From the NCBI GenBank assembly GCA_002269645.1, contig NIVC01000713.1:186001-250000 (forward strand): a DNA stretch of 64,000 bases, given 5' to 3'. The position numbers and the translations under genes are program-made. This stretch comes from Macrostomum lignano (lineage: Eukaryota). Below, one piece after another: positions 22,801-35,509 of the stretch (its first letter is position 1; the number at the start of each line of letters is the position of its first letter). The notes under the pieces were generated by a model that saw only the letters and a list, made by a program, of their open reading frames with translations, made no database searches and had not been told where the DNA came from.

Positions 22801-25800
22801 GTTATAAGTTATGTTTACAGTCTTTATACTTATCTGCAATAACAACAAATTTTTAGACTTAGAATTATTCCTAGTGATTTTGTTTTTACCCAAGCCTTAG
22901 TGGTTTGTTGCTACCAAGATTAAGGAACCAGGACAGAAGTACAAGGGATTCTTCATTCAAAAGATATAAATCAATAGAAAAAATGCAATATATACAATCG
23001 GTTTATAAGTATTCGTCTCTTAGATACAAAAGTATACTAGGACTAAGTATACTAGTAGGATAAAAGCATATCTGTTTTATTGCGTATGTTGCCAAATATT
23101 GCCAAATCTTGTCCTGTTTCTGGTTTACAATGAAAATTTGCCACACCCCCCTCTAACGCAGATCATCTCTGCTCAGCCAGAGGTGACAAGCCGTCTCGAG
23201 CTGACTGATGAGGGTCGCCAAGTTGCCGACCATGGCAGCCACGAGGCTGTGCTGTTTGCCAGCGTGCCAGCTGGCGATGGCGCACCGCAGAGCGAGCTGA
23301 TGAAGTCTGTGCCCAATGCGAAAATCGGGTTTAGCAAGGTTTGTTTAACCCAAGTTGAACTTGGCTTTTTTAACTACAGGATCAGATATAGAAATCTAGC
23401 GCATGGCTGCGGTCAAGAGAGAAGAGAGGGGAGAGGAGGCGAAAGGGGAGAGGGGGTGACAGGGGGGAGAAGGAGAGGAGGGGAGCAAGGAAAGAGGAGA
23501 GGAGAAAGGAGAGAGGAGAGGAGAGGAGAAAGGTAAGGAGAGAGGAGAGGAGAAAGGTAAGGAGAGAGGAGAGGAGAAAGGTAAGGAGAGAGAAGAAAGG
23601 TAAGGAGAGAGGAGAGGAGAAAGGTAAGGAGAGAGGAGAGGAGAAAGGTAAGGAGATAGGAGGGGAGAAAGGTGAGGAGAGAGGAGAGGAGAAAGGTAAG
23701 GAGAGAGAAGAAAGGTAAGGAGAGAGGAGAAAGGTAAGGAGAGAGGAGAGGAGAAAGGTAAGGAGAGAGAAGAAAGGTAAGGAGAGAGGAGAAAGGTAAG
23801 GAGATAGGAGGGGAGAAAGGTAAGGAGAGAGGAGAGGAGAAAGGTAAGGAGAGAGGAGAGGAGAAAGGTAAGGAGAGAGGAGAGGAGAAAGGTAAGGAGA
23901 GAGGAGAAAGGTAAGGAGAGAGGAGAAAGGTAAGGAGAGAGGAGGGGAGAAAGGTAAGGAGAGAGAAGAAAGGTAAGGAGAGAGGAGAAAGGTAAGGAGA
24001 GAGGAGGGGAGAAAGGTAAGGAGAGAGGAGTAAGGTAAGGAGAGAGGAGGGGAGAAAGGTAAGGAGAGAGAAGAAAGGTAAGGAGAGAGGAGAAAGGTAA
24101 GGAGAGAGGAGGGGAGAAAGGTAAGGAGAGAGGAGAAAGGTAAGGAGAGAGGAGAGGAGAAAGGTAAGGAGAGAGGAGAAAGGTAAGGAGAGAGGAGGGG
24201 AGAAAGGTAAGGAGAGAGGAGAGGAGAAAGGTAAGGAGAGAGGAGAGGAGAAAGCTGAGAAGAGACAAACCTTTTGGCCCTCAAGCCGGATTTTGCCGAG
24301 CCCTGACTTGAATATATCTACATCATTTATACTCGTACAGACTACTTATAAATAGAACTTAGTACTATTTTGGGTTTTAAATAGCTCTCTTTTAGACAGA
24401 GGATGCTGGCCATGACTTTGTATCCGAGGTGTAGTTCTCTATATAATAATTTTAAGTATTATTCTGAACCCTACAAGTTTGAAACATTCTCCCCTGGGCT
24501 TTGCCAGGCCCTGGCTAACAGATGGATCCGCCTAGACAAATCTGCTCCGGGTGGACCGCGAGTTTATCGCCAAGTTGAGTCCGTGTCCGACCGAATCCGT
24601 CACTGCCTACAGATGGTTGCCGCTCTTAGCCTTGACAGCTTGACAGCCGAGGAGCGAGCCGAGCTCAAGAAGCGCAAACTGGTGCAGGAGGGCCGGGTTA
24701 CAGTCTATAGGGTTGCTAAGTGAGCTGAGTACTGTTGCTGTTCGGGTTGCTATGGAACTGTTTGGTTTAGTTAGCCTGTAGACTGTAGTCTAGTCTGTAT
24801 TGTGCTGTAGCCTAGTCTGTAGTTTGCTGTAGTCTAGGCTGTATTTTGCTTTAGTCTAGGCTGTAGTTTGCTGTAGTTTAGGCTGTATTTTTCTTTAGTC
24901 TAGGCTGTAGTTTGCTGTAGTCAGGGCTGTATTTTGCTGTAGTCTAGCCTGTAGCCTGCTGTAGTCCAGCCTGTAGTCTAGCCTGTAGCCTGCTGTAGTC
25001 TAGCCTGTAGTGTGATGTAGTCTAGCCTGTAGTGTGATGTAGTCTAGCCTGTAGCCTGCTTTAGTCTAGCCTGTAGCCTGCTGTAGTCTAGCCTGTAGTG
25101 TGATGTAGTCTAGCCTGTAGCCTGCTGTAGTCTAGCCTGTAGTGCGATGTAGTCTAGCCTGTAGTGTGATGTAGTCTAGCCTGTAGTGTGATGTAGTCTA
25201 GCCTGTAGTGTGATGTAGTCTAGCCTGTAGCCTGCTGTAGTCTAGCCTGTAGTGTGATGTAGTCTAGCCTGTACTGTAGACTTTTGGACTCCTTTACGGT
25301 CTGAAAGTTAAGGCTAACTGAAAAGGAATTGAAGATCGAAAATTATAAGCCGACCAACTCTGAGCAACTCTACCGCCTCACCAAATCCGCCACACAGAGG
25401 CCCAGCCTTCACCCTAACCCTGGCCAAGGAGGAAACCGAACTCACCGCCGAGATGCTGGCCACCGGCGTCTGGCAAACGCTGACATTCAAAGCGTACAAT
25501 TTCAAAGCTCTGGGACAGCAACCCGACTGCGGTCATCTGCATCCTCTGCTGAAGGTTCGCGCCGAATTCCGACAGATCTTCTTGGAGATGGGCTTCCAGG
25601 AGATGCCCACCAATCGGTACGTTGAGAGTAGCTTCTGGAATTTCGACGCGTTGTTCCAGCCACAGCAGCATCCGGCTAGGGACGCTCACGACACCTTCTT
25701 CCTAACTGAGCCGGCCGCCTGTCGGCTGGATGCTGAGCAGGCCGACGGCTACCTGGCCAGGGTCAAGGCTGTGCATAGCAACGGCGGCTACGGCTCGATT

Positions 25801-26914
25801 GGCTACAACTACGATTGGAAAGAGTCGGTGAGTGAGGGGGTGTTAGGAGGCTCGCAATTCCCTGATTTTCAACCTGGGATCCCCAATTTACCAATTTATG
25901 ATCCTCAACCTGTGATCCCCAATTTTTGATCCTCAACCTGTGATCCCCGATTTATGATCCTCAACCTGTGATCCCCGATTTATGATCCTCAACCTGTGAT
26001 CCCCGATTTATGATCCTCAACCTGTGATCCCAAATTTATGATCCTCAACCTGTGATCCCCAATTTATGATTCCTCAACCTATGATCACCAATTTATGATC
26101 CTCAGTTATGACCCCAATTTACGAGCTATTGTCCCCTATCTATGATTCCCTTATTTATAATCCCCTATCTGTGATCTCCAGTATCTTATTAATTTGTAAT
26201 CCACGATCCCACTAGTTGGTCTCCAAAACTCCTTTCCCCGACTCTCTGATTCCACAAGTCACTTTAACTTGAATACTCATGAGTACTCCTAAGGTGTAAA
26301 ATATGTTGTAAGTGGCATGTTATAAGTTCAACTTTCTTCATCTTATATAATTTTCTATTTTCCAACTCCAGGAGGCCCAGAAGAACATACTCCGCACGCA
26401 CACCACCGCAGTGAGCGCCCGGATGCTGTACCAGCTGGCCCAGCAGCCCCAGTTCCAGCCGACCAAGTACTTCAGCATCGATCGGGTGTTCCGCAACGAG
26501 TCACTGGACGCTACGCACCTGGCCGAGTTCCATCAAATTGAGGGCCTAGTAGCGGATTACAATTTGAATCTGTGCCATCTCATGGGCATTATTCGTGAAT
26601 TCTTTCACAAGCTGGGGATTCGGCGCCTGCGATTCAAGCCGGCTTATAATCCCTACACTGAGCCTAGCATGGAGATTTTCTCTTATCACGAGGGTCTGGG
26701 CAAGTGGGTTGAAATTGGCAATTCCGGCGTGTTCAGGCCCGAGATGCTATTGCCCATGGGCCTGCCGGAGTCTGTGTCCGTCATCGCCTGGGGCCTGTCG
26801 TTGGAGCGGCCAACTATGATCAAGTACGGTATTAATAACATCAGAGATCTGATCGGGCCGAAGGTCGATTTGAAGATGGTCAGTGTGGGACCGATCTGTC
26901 GGCTGGATAAATAA
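16823..26914 (+). CDS. FARSA: Phenylalanine-tRNA ligase alpha subunit, cytoplasmic. Exons 16823-16960, 23162-23338, 24508-24719, 25398-25827, 26372-26914 (1500 nt, 499 aa)
   Basis: Motifs [75 protein letters not shown] and [10 protein letters not shown]. All four GT-AG junctions are phase-consistent. Confidence 0.97.
18565..19636. mobile_element. Non-autonomous hAT-like element (middle), 1072 bp
   Basis: Termini TAGGGATGTCGA...TCGACATCCCTA with CCCCGGGG subterminal repeats. TSD GTTGTACA/GTTGTATA (7/8 match). Confidence 0.87.
19181..19404. mobile_element. Near-palindromic MITE (inner), 224 bp
   Basis: Imperfect TIRs of ~95 bp (TTCATAAGACCGAAATTTC...) with G-rich ends. Flanked by the direct repeat ATTCAAAC(G) at 19173-19180 and 19405-19412. 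Confidence 0.82.
23490..24255. repeat. Near-polypurine 19/24-bp minisatellite (GAGAAAGGTAAGGAGAGAGGA) in FARSA intron 2
   Basis: About 30 tandem units are visible; they give spurious Leu/Ser/Pro ORFs on the minus strand. Confidence 0.95.
24780..25280. repeat. GTAGTCTAGCCT-based minisatellite in FARSA intron 3
   Basis: Tandem CTGTAG/GTAGTCTAGCCT units. Confidence 0.9.
25860..26110. repeat. 28-bp minisatellite (ATGATCCTCAACCTGTGATCCCCGATTT) in FARSA intron 4
   Basis: The period of 28 was measured between 25954 and 25982. Confidence 0.88.
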
Positions 26915-26990
26915 CTGATTTGTTGTTGATTCGTTTAAACCATCTAGTTTGCGCCGTCTTGACTCTGCAATCTTGAGGAATGGCCGTGGT

Positions 26991-27320
26991 ATAGTGGCGT
27001 AGGAAATTTGGGGTGGTGGCGTTTGAGAGGCCGGTCATAAAATCTGCAGGGCGAGCGGTCAAGTGGGGTAGGAAATTTGGGGTGGTGGCTTTGAGAGGCC
27101 GGTCATAAAATCTGCAGGGTGAGCGGTAAAGTAGGGTAGGAAAATTAGGATGGTGGTTTTGTGAGGCCGGTCATAAAATCTGCAGGGCGAGCGGTCAAGT
27201 GGGGTAGGAAATTTTGGGTGGTGGCTTTGAGAGGCCGGTCAAAAAATCTGCAGGGCGAGCGGTCAAGTGGGTTAGGAAATTTTGGGTGGTGGCTTTGAGA
27301 GGCCGGTCAAAAAATCCGCA
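26991..27320. repeat. ~68-bp tandem repeat, about 5 copies, just 3' of the FARSA stop
   Basis: AGGAAA anchors at 27001, 27070, 27138, 27206 and 27274. Confidence 0.9.
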
Positions 27321-28240
27321 TTAGCAGTACGTCGTATTATTAATAAAAAGAAGCTAGCATTAATCAGTGAAGTTTTTCAGATCTGTGACTCGTGACAACG
27401 GGCACTTGAAGTAACTGATAACAGCTTATTCAAATATTAGCTTGTTTTCTTATTAGGAAAAATGCTTTTACTGCCGCTTATAAGTAGTATAATAAGCCAC
27501 GTTTGTTCTCTGTTGTTTAAAACATTAAATTAGAAATCTATTGAACTGTGGCCTCTGATGTTCTATCTAAAACTGGCAAACGGTACGTCTGACAAGTTTT
27601 GATGCACTTGTTTTCTGAGAAATAAATTGTTGTTGACTTGTAAACAAGTTTATTGACGCGAACGGATGGCGGCTGGGGTGGAACTTTGTCTTGGTCTAAG
27701 CTGTCATTTCATTCTACTTTACCTTTAGTTCTTATATCCTAATTAGCACAGCATGTTGTCTTCCTCTGCTTTGATCGCCTACCTAAGAATGAAAACTTAA
27801 ATCCCTATTCTTAATTAGGGAGCTACAGATGAAGCGGAGGCTGACTTCAATTCTGTGGTTAGATGTTTGAGTTCTTTTTAATTCCCGGCGAGCCCATAGC
27901 AACGCCAGCGCAGCTATCCCGCCGCAGATGAGCTAGATAGATGGGCTGTTGCCTCTTTCTCTGCTTCCTGATTTGCATTTTTGCTGCTCAAAAATACCCT
28001 GAATCTCCCTGAACTGAAATTCTGCAACGGTAGACGGGAAAGCGGATTGTAGAGATGTCTGTCCTGCTCTGTAAATTATTTTTCTGACATTATTTATTAC
28101 AGGAGATACTCAGTGCAATATAGCTTTGCTGCTGTCTAGTAGCTCTGGGGCTAATATTATGATAACAACTGCTATCTCAGTCTAACACGCGTTCCTAAGA
28201 CTGAAATTGAAGGCATCTTGTGCTCTTGTACTTTGGATCG

Positions 28241-28500
28241 TTTGCGATCCTGAGTCGAGTCATTTGTGATCCTGAGTCGTGTCATTTGTGATCCTGAGTC
28301 GTGTCATTTGTGATCCTGAGTCGAGTCATTTGTGATCCTGAGTCGTTTCATTCGTGATCTTGAGTCCAGTCATTTGTGATCCTGAGTCGTTTCATTCGTG
28401 ATCTTGAGTCCAGTCATTTGTGATCCTGAGTCGAGTCATTCGTGATCTTGAGTCCAGTCATTTGTGATCCTGAGTCCAGTCATTTGTGATCCTGAGTCGA
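28241..28500. repeat. 22-bp minisatellite (TTTGTGATCCTGAGTCGAGTCA)
   Basis: About 12 tandem copies are visible. Confidence 0.9.
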
Positions 28501-28879
28501 CTGATTTTGCATGCCAACGGATTAGTGTAATTAGCAATTTCTCTGAAACCCCGTTTCCATCAAAGGTGGATTCATTTTTTGCTTTAGATTTGCTGTTTCC
28601 CACTGTCAATGGGCTGCTGTGTGATGCGTTTTTTTAAATTGCAGTTCGGGACTTGGCCGCAAAAAATCTACCGACTATCAATTAAAGTTGAGTTCTCTCT
28701 ATTGAATTCCTGTTCCATACTGATTGCCAATAGGATGTACTTTAACCTTAGTTGACTTGTTTACTACATATCCAGGCGGTTTCAATTCAAGATTTACTGT
28801 CTCAATTTCGTATTCGCTAATGCCTCTATATTTTACACTTAGGATATATGACTATGTACTTTGTACTATATGTACTATG

Positions 28880-30123
28880 TACTATGAACAGCTACATAAT
28901 CTAGGCTGTGAACAGTTGCATAATCTAGGCTATGAACAGCTACATAATCTAGGCTATGAACAGCTACATAATCTAGGCTATGAACAGCTACATAATCTAG
29001 GCTATAAACAGTTGCATAATCTAGGCTATGAACAGTTGCATAATCTAGGCTATGAACAGCTACATAATCTAGGCTATGAACAGTTGCATAATCTAGGCTA
29101 TGAACAGTTGCATAATCTAGGCTATGAACAGCTACATAATCTAGGCTATGAACAGCTACATAATCTAGGCTATGAACAGCTACATAATCTAGGCTATGAA
29201 CAGCTACATAATCTAGGCTATGAACAGTTGCATAATCTAGGCTGTGAACAGTTGCATAATCTAGGCTATGATCAGTTGCATAATCTAGGCTGTGAATAGT
29301 TGCATAATCTAGGCTGTGAATAGTTGCATAATCTAGGCTGTGAATAGTTGCATAATCTAGGCTATGAACAGCTACATAATCTAGGCTATGAACAGCTACA
29401 TAGTCTAGGCTATGAACAGCTACATAATCTAGGCTATGAACAGCTACATAATCTAGGCTATGAACAGCTACATAATCTAGGCTGTGAACAGTTGTATAAT
29501 CTAGGCTATGAACAGCTACATAATCTAGGCTATGAACAGCTACATAATCTAGGCTATGAACAGTTGCATAATCTAGGCTATGAACAGTTGCATAATCTAG
29601 GCTATGAACAGCTACATAATCTAGGCTATGAACAGTTGCATAATCTAGGCTGTGAACAGTTGCATAATCTAGGCTGTGAATAGTTGCATAATCTAGGCTA
29701 TAAACAGTTACATAATCTAGGCTGTGAATAGTTTCATAATCTAGGCTATGAACAGTTGCATAATCTAGGCTATGAACAGTTGCATAATCTAGGCTATGAA
29801 CAGTTGCATAATCTAGGCTATGAACAGTTGCATAATCTAGGCTATGAACAGTTGCATAATCTAGGCTATGAGCAGTTACATAATCTAGGCTATGAACAGT
29901 TGCATAATCTAGGCTATGAACAGTTGCATAATCTAGGCTATGAACAGTTGCATAATCTAGGCTATGAACAGTTGCATAATCTAGGCTATGAACAGTTGCA
30001 TAATCTAGGCTATGAACAGTTGCATAATCTAGGCTATGAACAGTTACATAATCTAGGCTGTGAACAGTTGCATAATCTAGGCTATGAGCAGTTACATAAT
30101 CTAGGCTGTGAACAGTTGCACAT
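28880..30123. repeat. 24-bp minisatellite (TATGAACAGYTRCATAATCTAGGC)
   Basis: About 50 near-identical copies; the source of the (YEQLHNLG)n ORFs. Confidence 0.96.
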
Positions 30124-30744
30124 TTAGGGGATTAGTTGAACCCTGAACTAAAATGGGATTTACTTTAGATTTTGTGTCAGTTTGTACGAGTTTTCGGTAT
30201 GTGGAGAGGCTTGGGCTTAGGAAGCGAAATCTATTAACAATAAAGCATATATTGTATAAGTTTGCTGCCAAGATTATCACTATAATTACTTTCACTATCT
30301 TGCGCCACTCGGGCAGTCCGCAGTCTTCATCTTATAAGGCCTTTGGTTTTGTAATTAACTGTGCAAATTTCGCTAGCAGAGCCCGCTGCAGCCCAGTTGC
30401 TTCGCTGCGCCCAAATTGACTTTTTAACGGAGCGTGCGCTGGGTTCGATATTTCGGATTGCTGCTTTCTTAGCTGGGATTGCCTCAGTTTGTGTCTTGGG
30501 CTGCTTCGATTGTACTTTTATGTCGGTCAAATTCTTTTGTAGAAATTAATGAGCGCGAGAGCCGTTCCTTTTTGACTGAGCAAAAACTCGTAAAACTTTC
30601 AGGCCCGTGTGGAGAATCTTAACGCAATAGTTGCGTAAATTGCTTGGCTTCTTTTTATCAAAATTTCAGTTTTTTCCTTTTTCTGAGCTACTTTCATCTT
30701 CTCTGTCCTGCACTTTTTCTGCTCCCTTCCTCTCACAGCTTCTC

Positions 30745-31430
30745 CACTCTAACCTCATCTCACCCTCCTACCCACTTCACCCTCATCTCAGCCTCCCCAC
30801 TCCACCCTCATCTCACCCTCCTACCCACTCCACCCTCATCTCACCCTCCTACCCACTCCATCCACCCTCATATCACCCTCCTACCCACTCCACCCTCCTC
30901 ATCCTCCCCACTCCACCCTCATCTCAGCCTCCCCACTCCACCCTCATCTCACCCTCCTACCCACTCCACCCTCATCTCACCCTCCTACCCACTCCACCCT
31001 CATCTCACCCTCCTACCCACTCCACCCTCATCTCACCCTCCTACCCACTCCATCCACCCTCATATCACCCTCCTACCCACTCCACCCTCCTCATCCTCCC
31101 CACTCCACCCTCATCTCACCCTCCTACCCACTCCACCCTCATCTCACCCTCCTACCCACTCCACCCTCATCTCACCCTCCTACCCACTCCATCCACCCTC
31201 ATATCACCCTCCTACCCACTCCACCCTCCTCATCCTCCCCACTCCACCCTCATCTCAGCCTCCCCACTCCACCCTCATCTCATCCTCTTCTCCACTCCAC
31301 CCTCATCTCACCCTCCCCACTCGACCCTCATCTCACCCTACTCCCCCCTCTACCCTCATCTCATCCTCTTCTCCACTCCACCCTCATCTCACCCGCCTCC
31401 CCTCTACCTTCATCTCCTCTCCCCATTCCT
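30745..31430. repeat. C-rich ~28-bp minisatellite (CCACTCCACCCTCATCTCACCCTCCTAC)
   Basis: The array has almost no G on the + strand and lies upstream of the CISD3-like ORF. Confidence 0.93.
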
Positions 31431-31709
31431 CCTTTTTTCCTTAATCTTAACCTCTACCGCTTATCCCCAACCCTCTCCTAGTTATCCTCTGTTCCCTTTT
31501 CTTGTTTTTTCTCTCTTTCCATTACAGCCCTACTCTCAGCTTTCTTTGTTCCACGGCACCTTCTGTCTGCTTCTCACTTTTTATCCCCTTGTATTTTCAG
31601 ACGCATTATGAGTTACAATCGCAATCTTGTTGACAAATAGCGACTAATCTTGAATTGATATTTTTAGGATTTTAGGAGTTTCGGAGTCCCTATCTTGAGT
31701 TAATTAAAA

Positions 31710-32228
31710 ATGCTCAAACCGATGCATGCCGAGATGCAGAAAGCATTTACAATCTGCTGCGGCAGAACTGGCCACAGCCTGTTCAGCCAGCCTGTCCGTC
31801 ACGGCCGCTACCTCATGCCCGGCTCGCTGCACCTGCCATTTCACCAGCGATTCGACGTCAACACCGGAGACCGATTGCCAAACCCGCACCCGGAGACTCC
31901 CCGCTACAAATCCCTGTCTCCCAGCAGGCCGCCGGCCATCCAGAAGACCAAGCCGTTCCGGTTCGAAGCCAAGGCTGGCAAAACCTACTGGTGGTGCAGC
32001 TGCGGTCTGTCTCACACGCAGCCGCTCTGCGACGGGCATCACAAGCGGATTAATAAGCTGATTGACGCCGGTCACTACACTGTCAACTATCCGAATTACC
32101 GACCAGTTAAACTCTGCTTAGATGAGGACAAGGCCGTGTGGCTGTGCCAGTGCAAGCGGACTAAATCGCCACCTTATTGCGATGGCAGTCACAGAAATCC
32201 TGAGGTGCAACAGGTTAAAGAGGTCTGA
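31710..32228 (+). CDS. CISD3: CDGSH iron-sulfur domain protein, two-domain CISD3/MiNT type, intronless, 172 aa
   Basis: Two CDGSH-type motifs: WWCSCGLSHTQPLCDGHH and WLCQCKRTKSPPYCDGSH. The N-terminus is basic, consistent with a mitochondrial presequence (inference). Confidence 0.92.
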   Translation: MLKPMHAEMQKAFTICCGRTGHSLFSQPVRHGRYLMPGSLHLPFHQRFDVNTGDRLPNPHPETPRYKSLSPSRPPAIQKTKPFRFEAKAGKTYWWCSCGLSHTQPLCDGHHKRINKLIDAGHYTVNYPNYRPVKLCLDEDKAVWLCQCKRTKSPPYCDGSHRNPEVQQVKEV

Positions 32229-32389
32229 TAAAGTAGATTTGGATGCTGGCTGACTGTGTGTGACTTCTTATTTTGTCATCTTGAATCACTTTTAATGTCT
32301 GGTGCTTGTTTCGCGTTGGCAACGGGTTCTTTAGATCCAATTGTTAGTATATTAGATTTAATTAGCTGCCTTTTAACACTCCTTGAGGC

Positions 32390-33480
32390 CACCCCCTCCC
32401 TGAGAATCGGCCACCACCCCTCTGAGAATCGCCCATCACACACCTCCCTGAGAATCGCCCATCACACCCCTCCCTGAGAATCGCCCATCACACCCCTCCC
32501 TGAGAATCGCCCATCACACCCCTCCCTGAGAATCGCCCATCACACCCCTCTCTGAGAATCGCCCATCACACCCCTTCCCTGAGAATCGCCCATCACACTC
32601 CTCTCTGAGAATCGCCCATCACACCCCTCCCTGAGAATCGCCCATCACACCCCTCCCTGAGAATCGCCCATCACACCCTCTCTGAGAATCGCCCATCACA
32701 CCCCTCCCTGAGAATCGCCCATCACACCCTCTGAGAATCGCCCATCACACCCCTCCCTGAAAATCGCCCATCACACCCCTCCCTGAGAATCGCCCATCAC
32801 ACCCCTCCCTGAGAATCGCCCATCACACCCTTGAGAATCGCCCATCACACCCCTCCCTGAGAATCGCCCATCACACCCCTCCCTGAGAATCGCCCATCAC
32901 ACCCCTCCCTGAGAATCGCCCATCACACCCCTCCCTGAGAATCGCCCATCACACCCCTCTCTGAGAATCGCCCATCACACCCCTTCCCTGAGAATCGCCC
33001 ATCACACTCCTCTCTGAGAATCGCCCATCACACCCCTCCCTGAGAATCGCCCATCACACCCCTCCCTGAGAATCGCCCATCACACCCTCTCTGAGAATCG
33101 CCCATCACACCCCTCCCTGAGAATCGCCCATCACACCCTCTGAGAATCGCCCATCACACCCCTCCCTGAAAATCGCCCATCACACCCCTCCCTGAGAATC
33201 GCCCATCACACCCCTCCCTGAGAATCGCCCATCACACCCTTGAGAATCGCCCATCACACCCCTCCCTGAGAATCGCCCATCACACCCTCTGAGAATCGCC
33301 CATCACACCCCTCCCTGAGAATCGCCCATCACACCCTTGAGAATCGCCCTTCACACCCTTGAGAATCGCCCTTCACACCCTTCGGTATCGCCCTTCACAC
33401 CCTTCAGTATCGCCCTTCACACCCTTGAGAATCGCCCTTCACACCCTTGAGAATCGCCCTTCACACTCCTGAGAATCGCC
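32390..33480. repeat. ~26-bp minisatellite (CCCTGAGAATCGCCCATCACACCCCT) with a 409-bp higher-order duplication
   Basis: Tandem copies; the variant CTGAAAATCG recurs at 32757 and 33166. Confidence 0.95.
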
Positions 33481-33934
33481 CATCCTGCTGCCGGGAATTT
33501 GTATTATAAAAATTTGCTTCAAAAAACTTGCAATTCAACTTGTTAAAATTGTCACCACTTCCTGCATTGTTTCAGTTTTTGCTTATGTGGAGTTTTTTTG
33601 GCTATGGCTGATTTTATTCAAGCCATCCTGAACCAGCATTCAGTGCTTTAATCCATCCGGAATTCAATGTCTGAATTGCATTCATGATTTGAAAAGATTT
33701 GAACGGAAGGCTAAAGAAAGATATTCGCTTTTCCATGTTGCATTAGGAATACGCATTGGCCATTGTCATCAGCTTCAAATTAATACAACAGACAAGTCGC
33801 TTAAGAAATTAGTTTTGTCAATTATAATTAATCTTATACGGCAGCTTTCTGTTGAATTAAAATTATTTTAGTCTCCGAAGGCATTTTTTATATGACGTCT
33901 TCTATATGCTTTACCTTCTACTATTTATATCTTA

Positions 33935-34915
33935 GCTCAGCCAGTCTACCGCCTGTCTGGCATCCCACTCAGCCAGTCTACCCGCTGTCTGGCATCTCAC
34001 TCAGACAGTCTAACCACTGTCTGGCATCTCACTCAGCCAGTCTACCCGCTGTCTGGCATCTCACTCAGACAGTCTAACCACTGTCTGGCATCTCACTCAG
34101 CCAGTCTACCCGCGGTCTGGCATCTCACTCAGCCAGTCTACCCGCTGTCTGGCATCTCACTCAGCCAGTCTACCCACTGTCTGGCATCTCACTCAGCCAG
34201 TCTACCCGCGGTCTGGCATCTCACTCAGCCAGTCTACCCGCTGTCTAGCATCTCACTCAGCCAGTCTACCGGCTGTCTGGCATCTCACTCAGCCAGTCTA
34301 CCGGTTGTCTGGCATGTCACTCAGCCAGTCTACCCGCTGTCTGGCATCTTACTCAGCCAGTCTACCGGCTGTCTGGCATCTCACTCAGCCAGTCTACCCG
34401 CGGTCTGGCATCTCACTCAGCCAGTCTACCCGCTGTCTGGCATCTCACTCAGACAGTCTAACCACTGTCTGGCATCTCACTCAGCCAGTCTACCCGCTGT
34501 CTGGCATCTCACTCAGACAGTCTAACCACTGTCTGGCATCTCACTCAGCCAGTCTACCCGCGGTCTGGCATCTCACTCAGCCAGTCTACCCGCTGTCTGG
34601 CATCTCACTCAGCCAGTCTACCCACTGTCTGGCATCTCACTCAGCCAGTCTACCCGCGGTCTGGCATCTCACTCAGCCAGTCTACCCGCTGTCTAGCATC
34701 TCACTCAGCCAGTCTACCGGCTGTCTGGCATCTCACTCAGCCAGTCTACCGGTTGTCTGGCATGTCACTCAGCCAGTCTACCCGCTGTCTGGCATCTTAC
34801 TCAGCCAGTCTACCGGCTGTCTGGCATCTCACTCAGCCAGTCTACCCGCGGTCTGGCATCTCACTCAGCCAGTCTACCCGCTGTCTGGCATCTCACTCAG
34901 CCAGTCTACCCGTTG
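33935..34915. repeat. 32-bp minisatellite (CTGGCATCTCACTCAGCCAGTCTACCCGCTGT) with a 448-bp (14-unit) higher-order duplication
   Basis: The same order of variants occurs at 34240-34355 and 34688-34803. Confidence 0.95.
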
Positions 34916-35509
34916 ACTACCCTTTCAATGTGCATTTCAAGCATGTCCTGCTACCTTATAGAACCCTCTGTACAATCCAAAAACAGACAGACAGACAAAA
35001 GTCTCATAGTTGTGCCCTCAGCTGCACATTATGCAGTCCTATTCTTTTCTCGCGTGTAAGCAAATTGCTTGTGAATAAAAGCAAGCTTTGTAAGAGGTGT
35101 TGTAGGTGGTGATTAGCCGAGCCAAACTAATCACCACCCTGTCTGTGTCCAAATTGCACACCTCTTGATGGCCAGGCCATAGGTAATGCTTTTTCTACGA
35201 ATTCACTTGCCTATCTTCACCTACATCTGCCGAAATTATTGTTTTTGTTTAAAGAGGGAATTCCAAGCCATTAGGGAGAAGGCGAGATGGAAGCCATGCA
35301 TATATCTGACGCCCATAAGTCTGGACTAAGATTTGTTTTACTTTTGGACAGGTTGACCTCGCCAAATTGCACTTTTAATTGCATAATAAAAGGTTTTTAG
35401 AACCCGAAAATTTGAAGTATGACAAGCGATCTACGCCCCTCGTTGGGGAGCAAAGAAAGAATGTAATAATTTAAAAAAAATAAACTACACATAGGTTCTG
35501 ACCTTAGAC

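Noticed and set aside
23382-24284. 300-aa and 290-aa Leu/Ser/Pro ORFs on the minus strand
   Set aside because: They are translations of the polypurine intronic satellite.
28724-30127. (YEQLHNLG)n ORFs as a repeat protein
   Set aside because: They are a by-product of a 24-bp (multiple of 3) satellite. TAG stops break the frame and there are no splice signals or unique domains.
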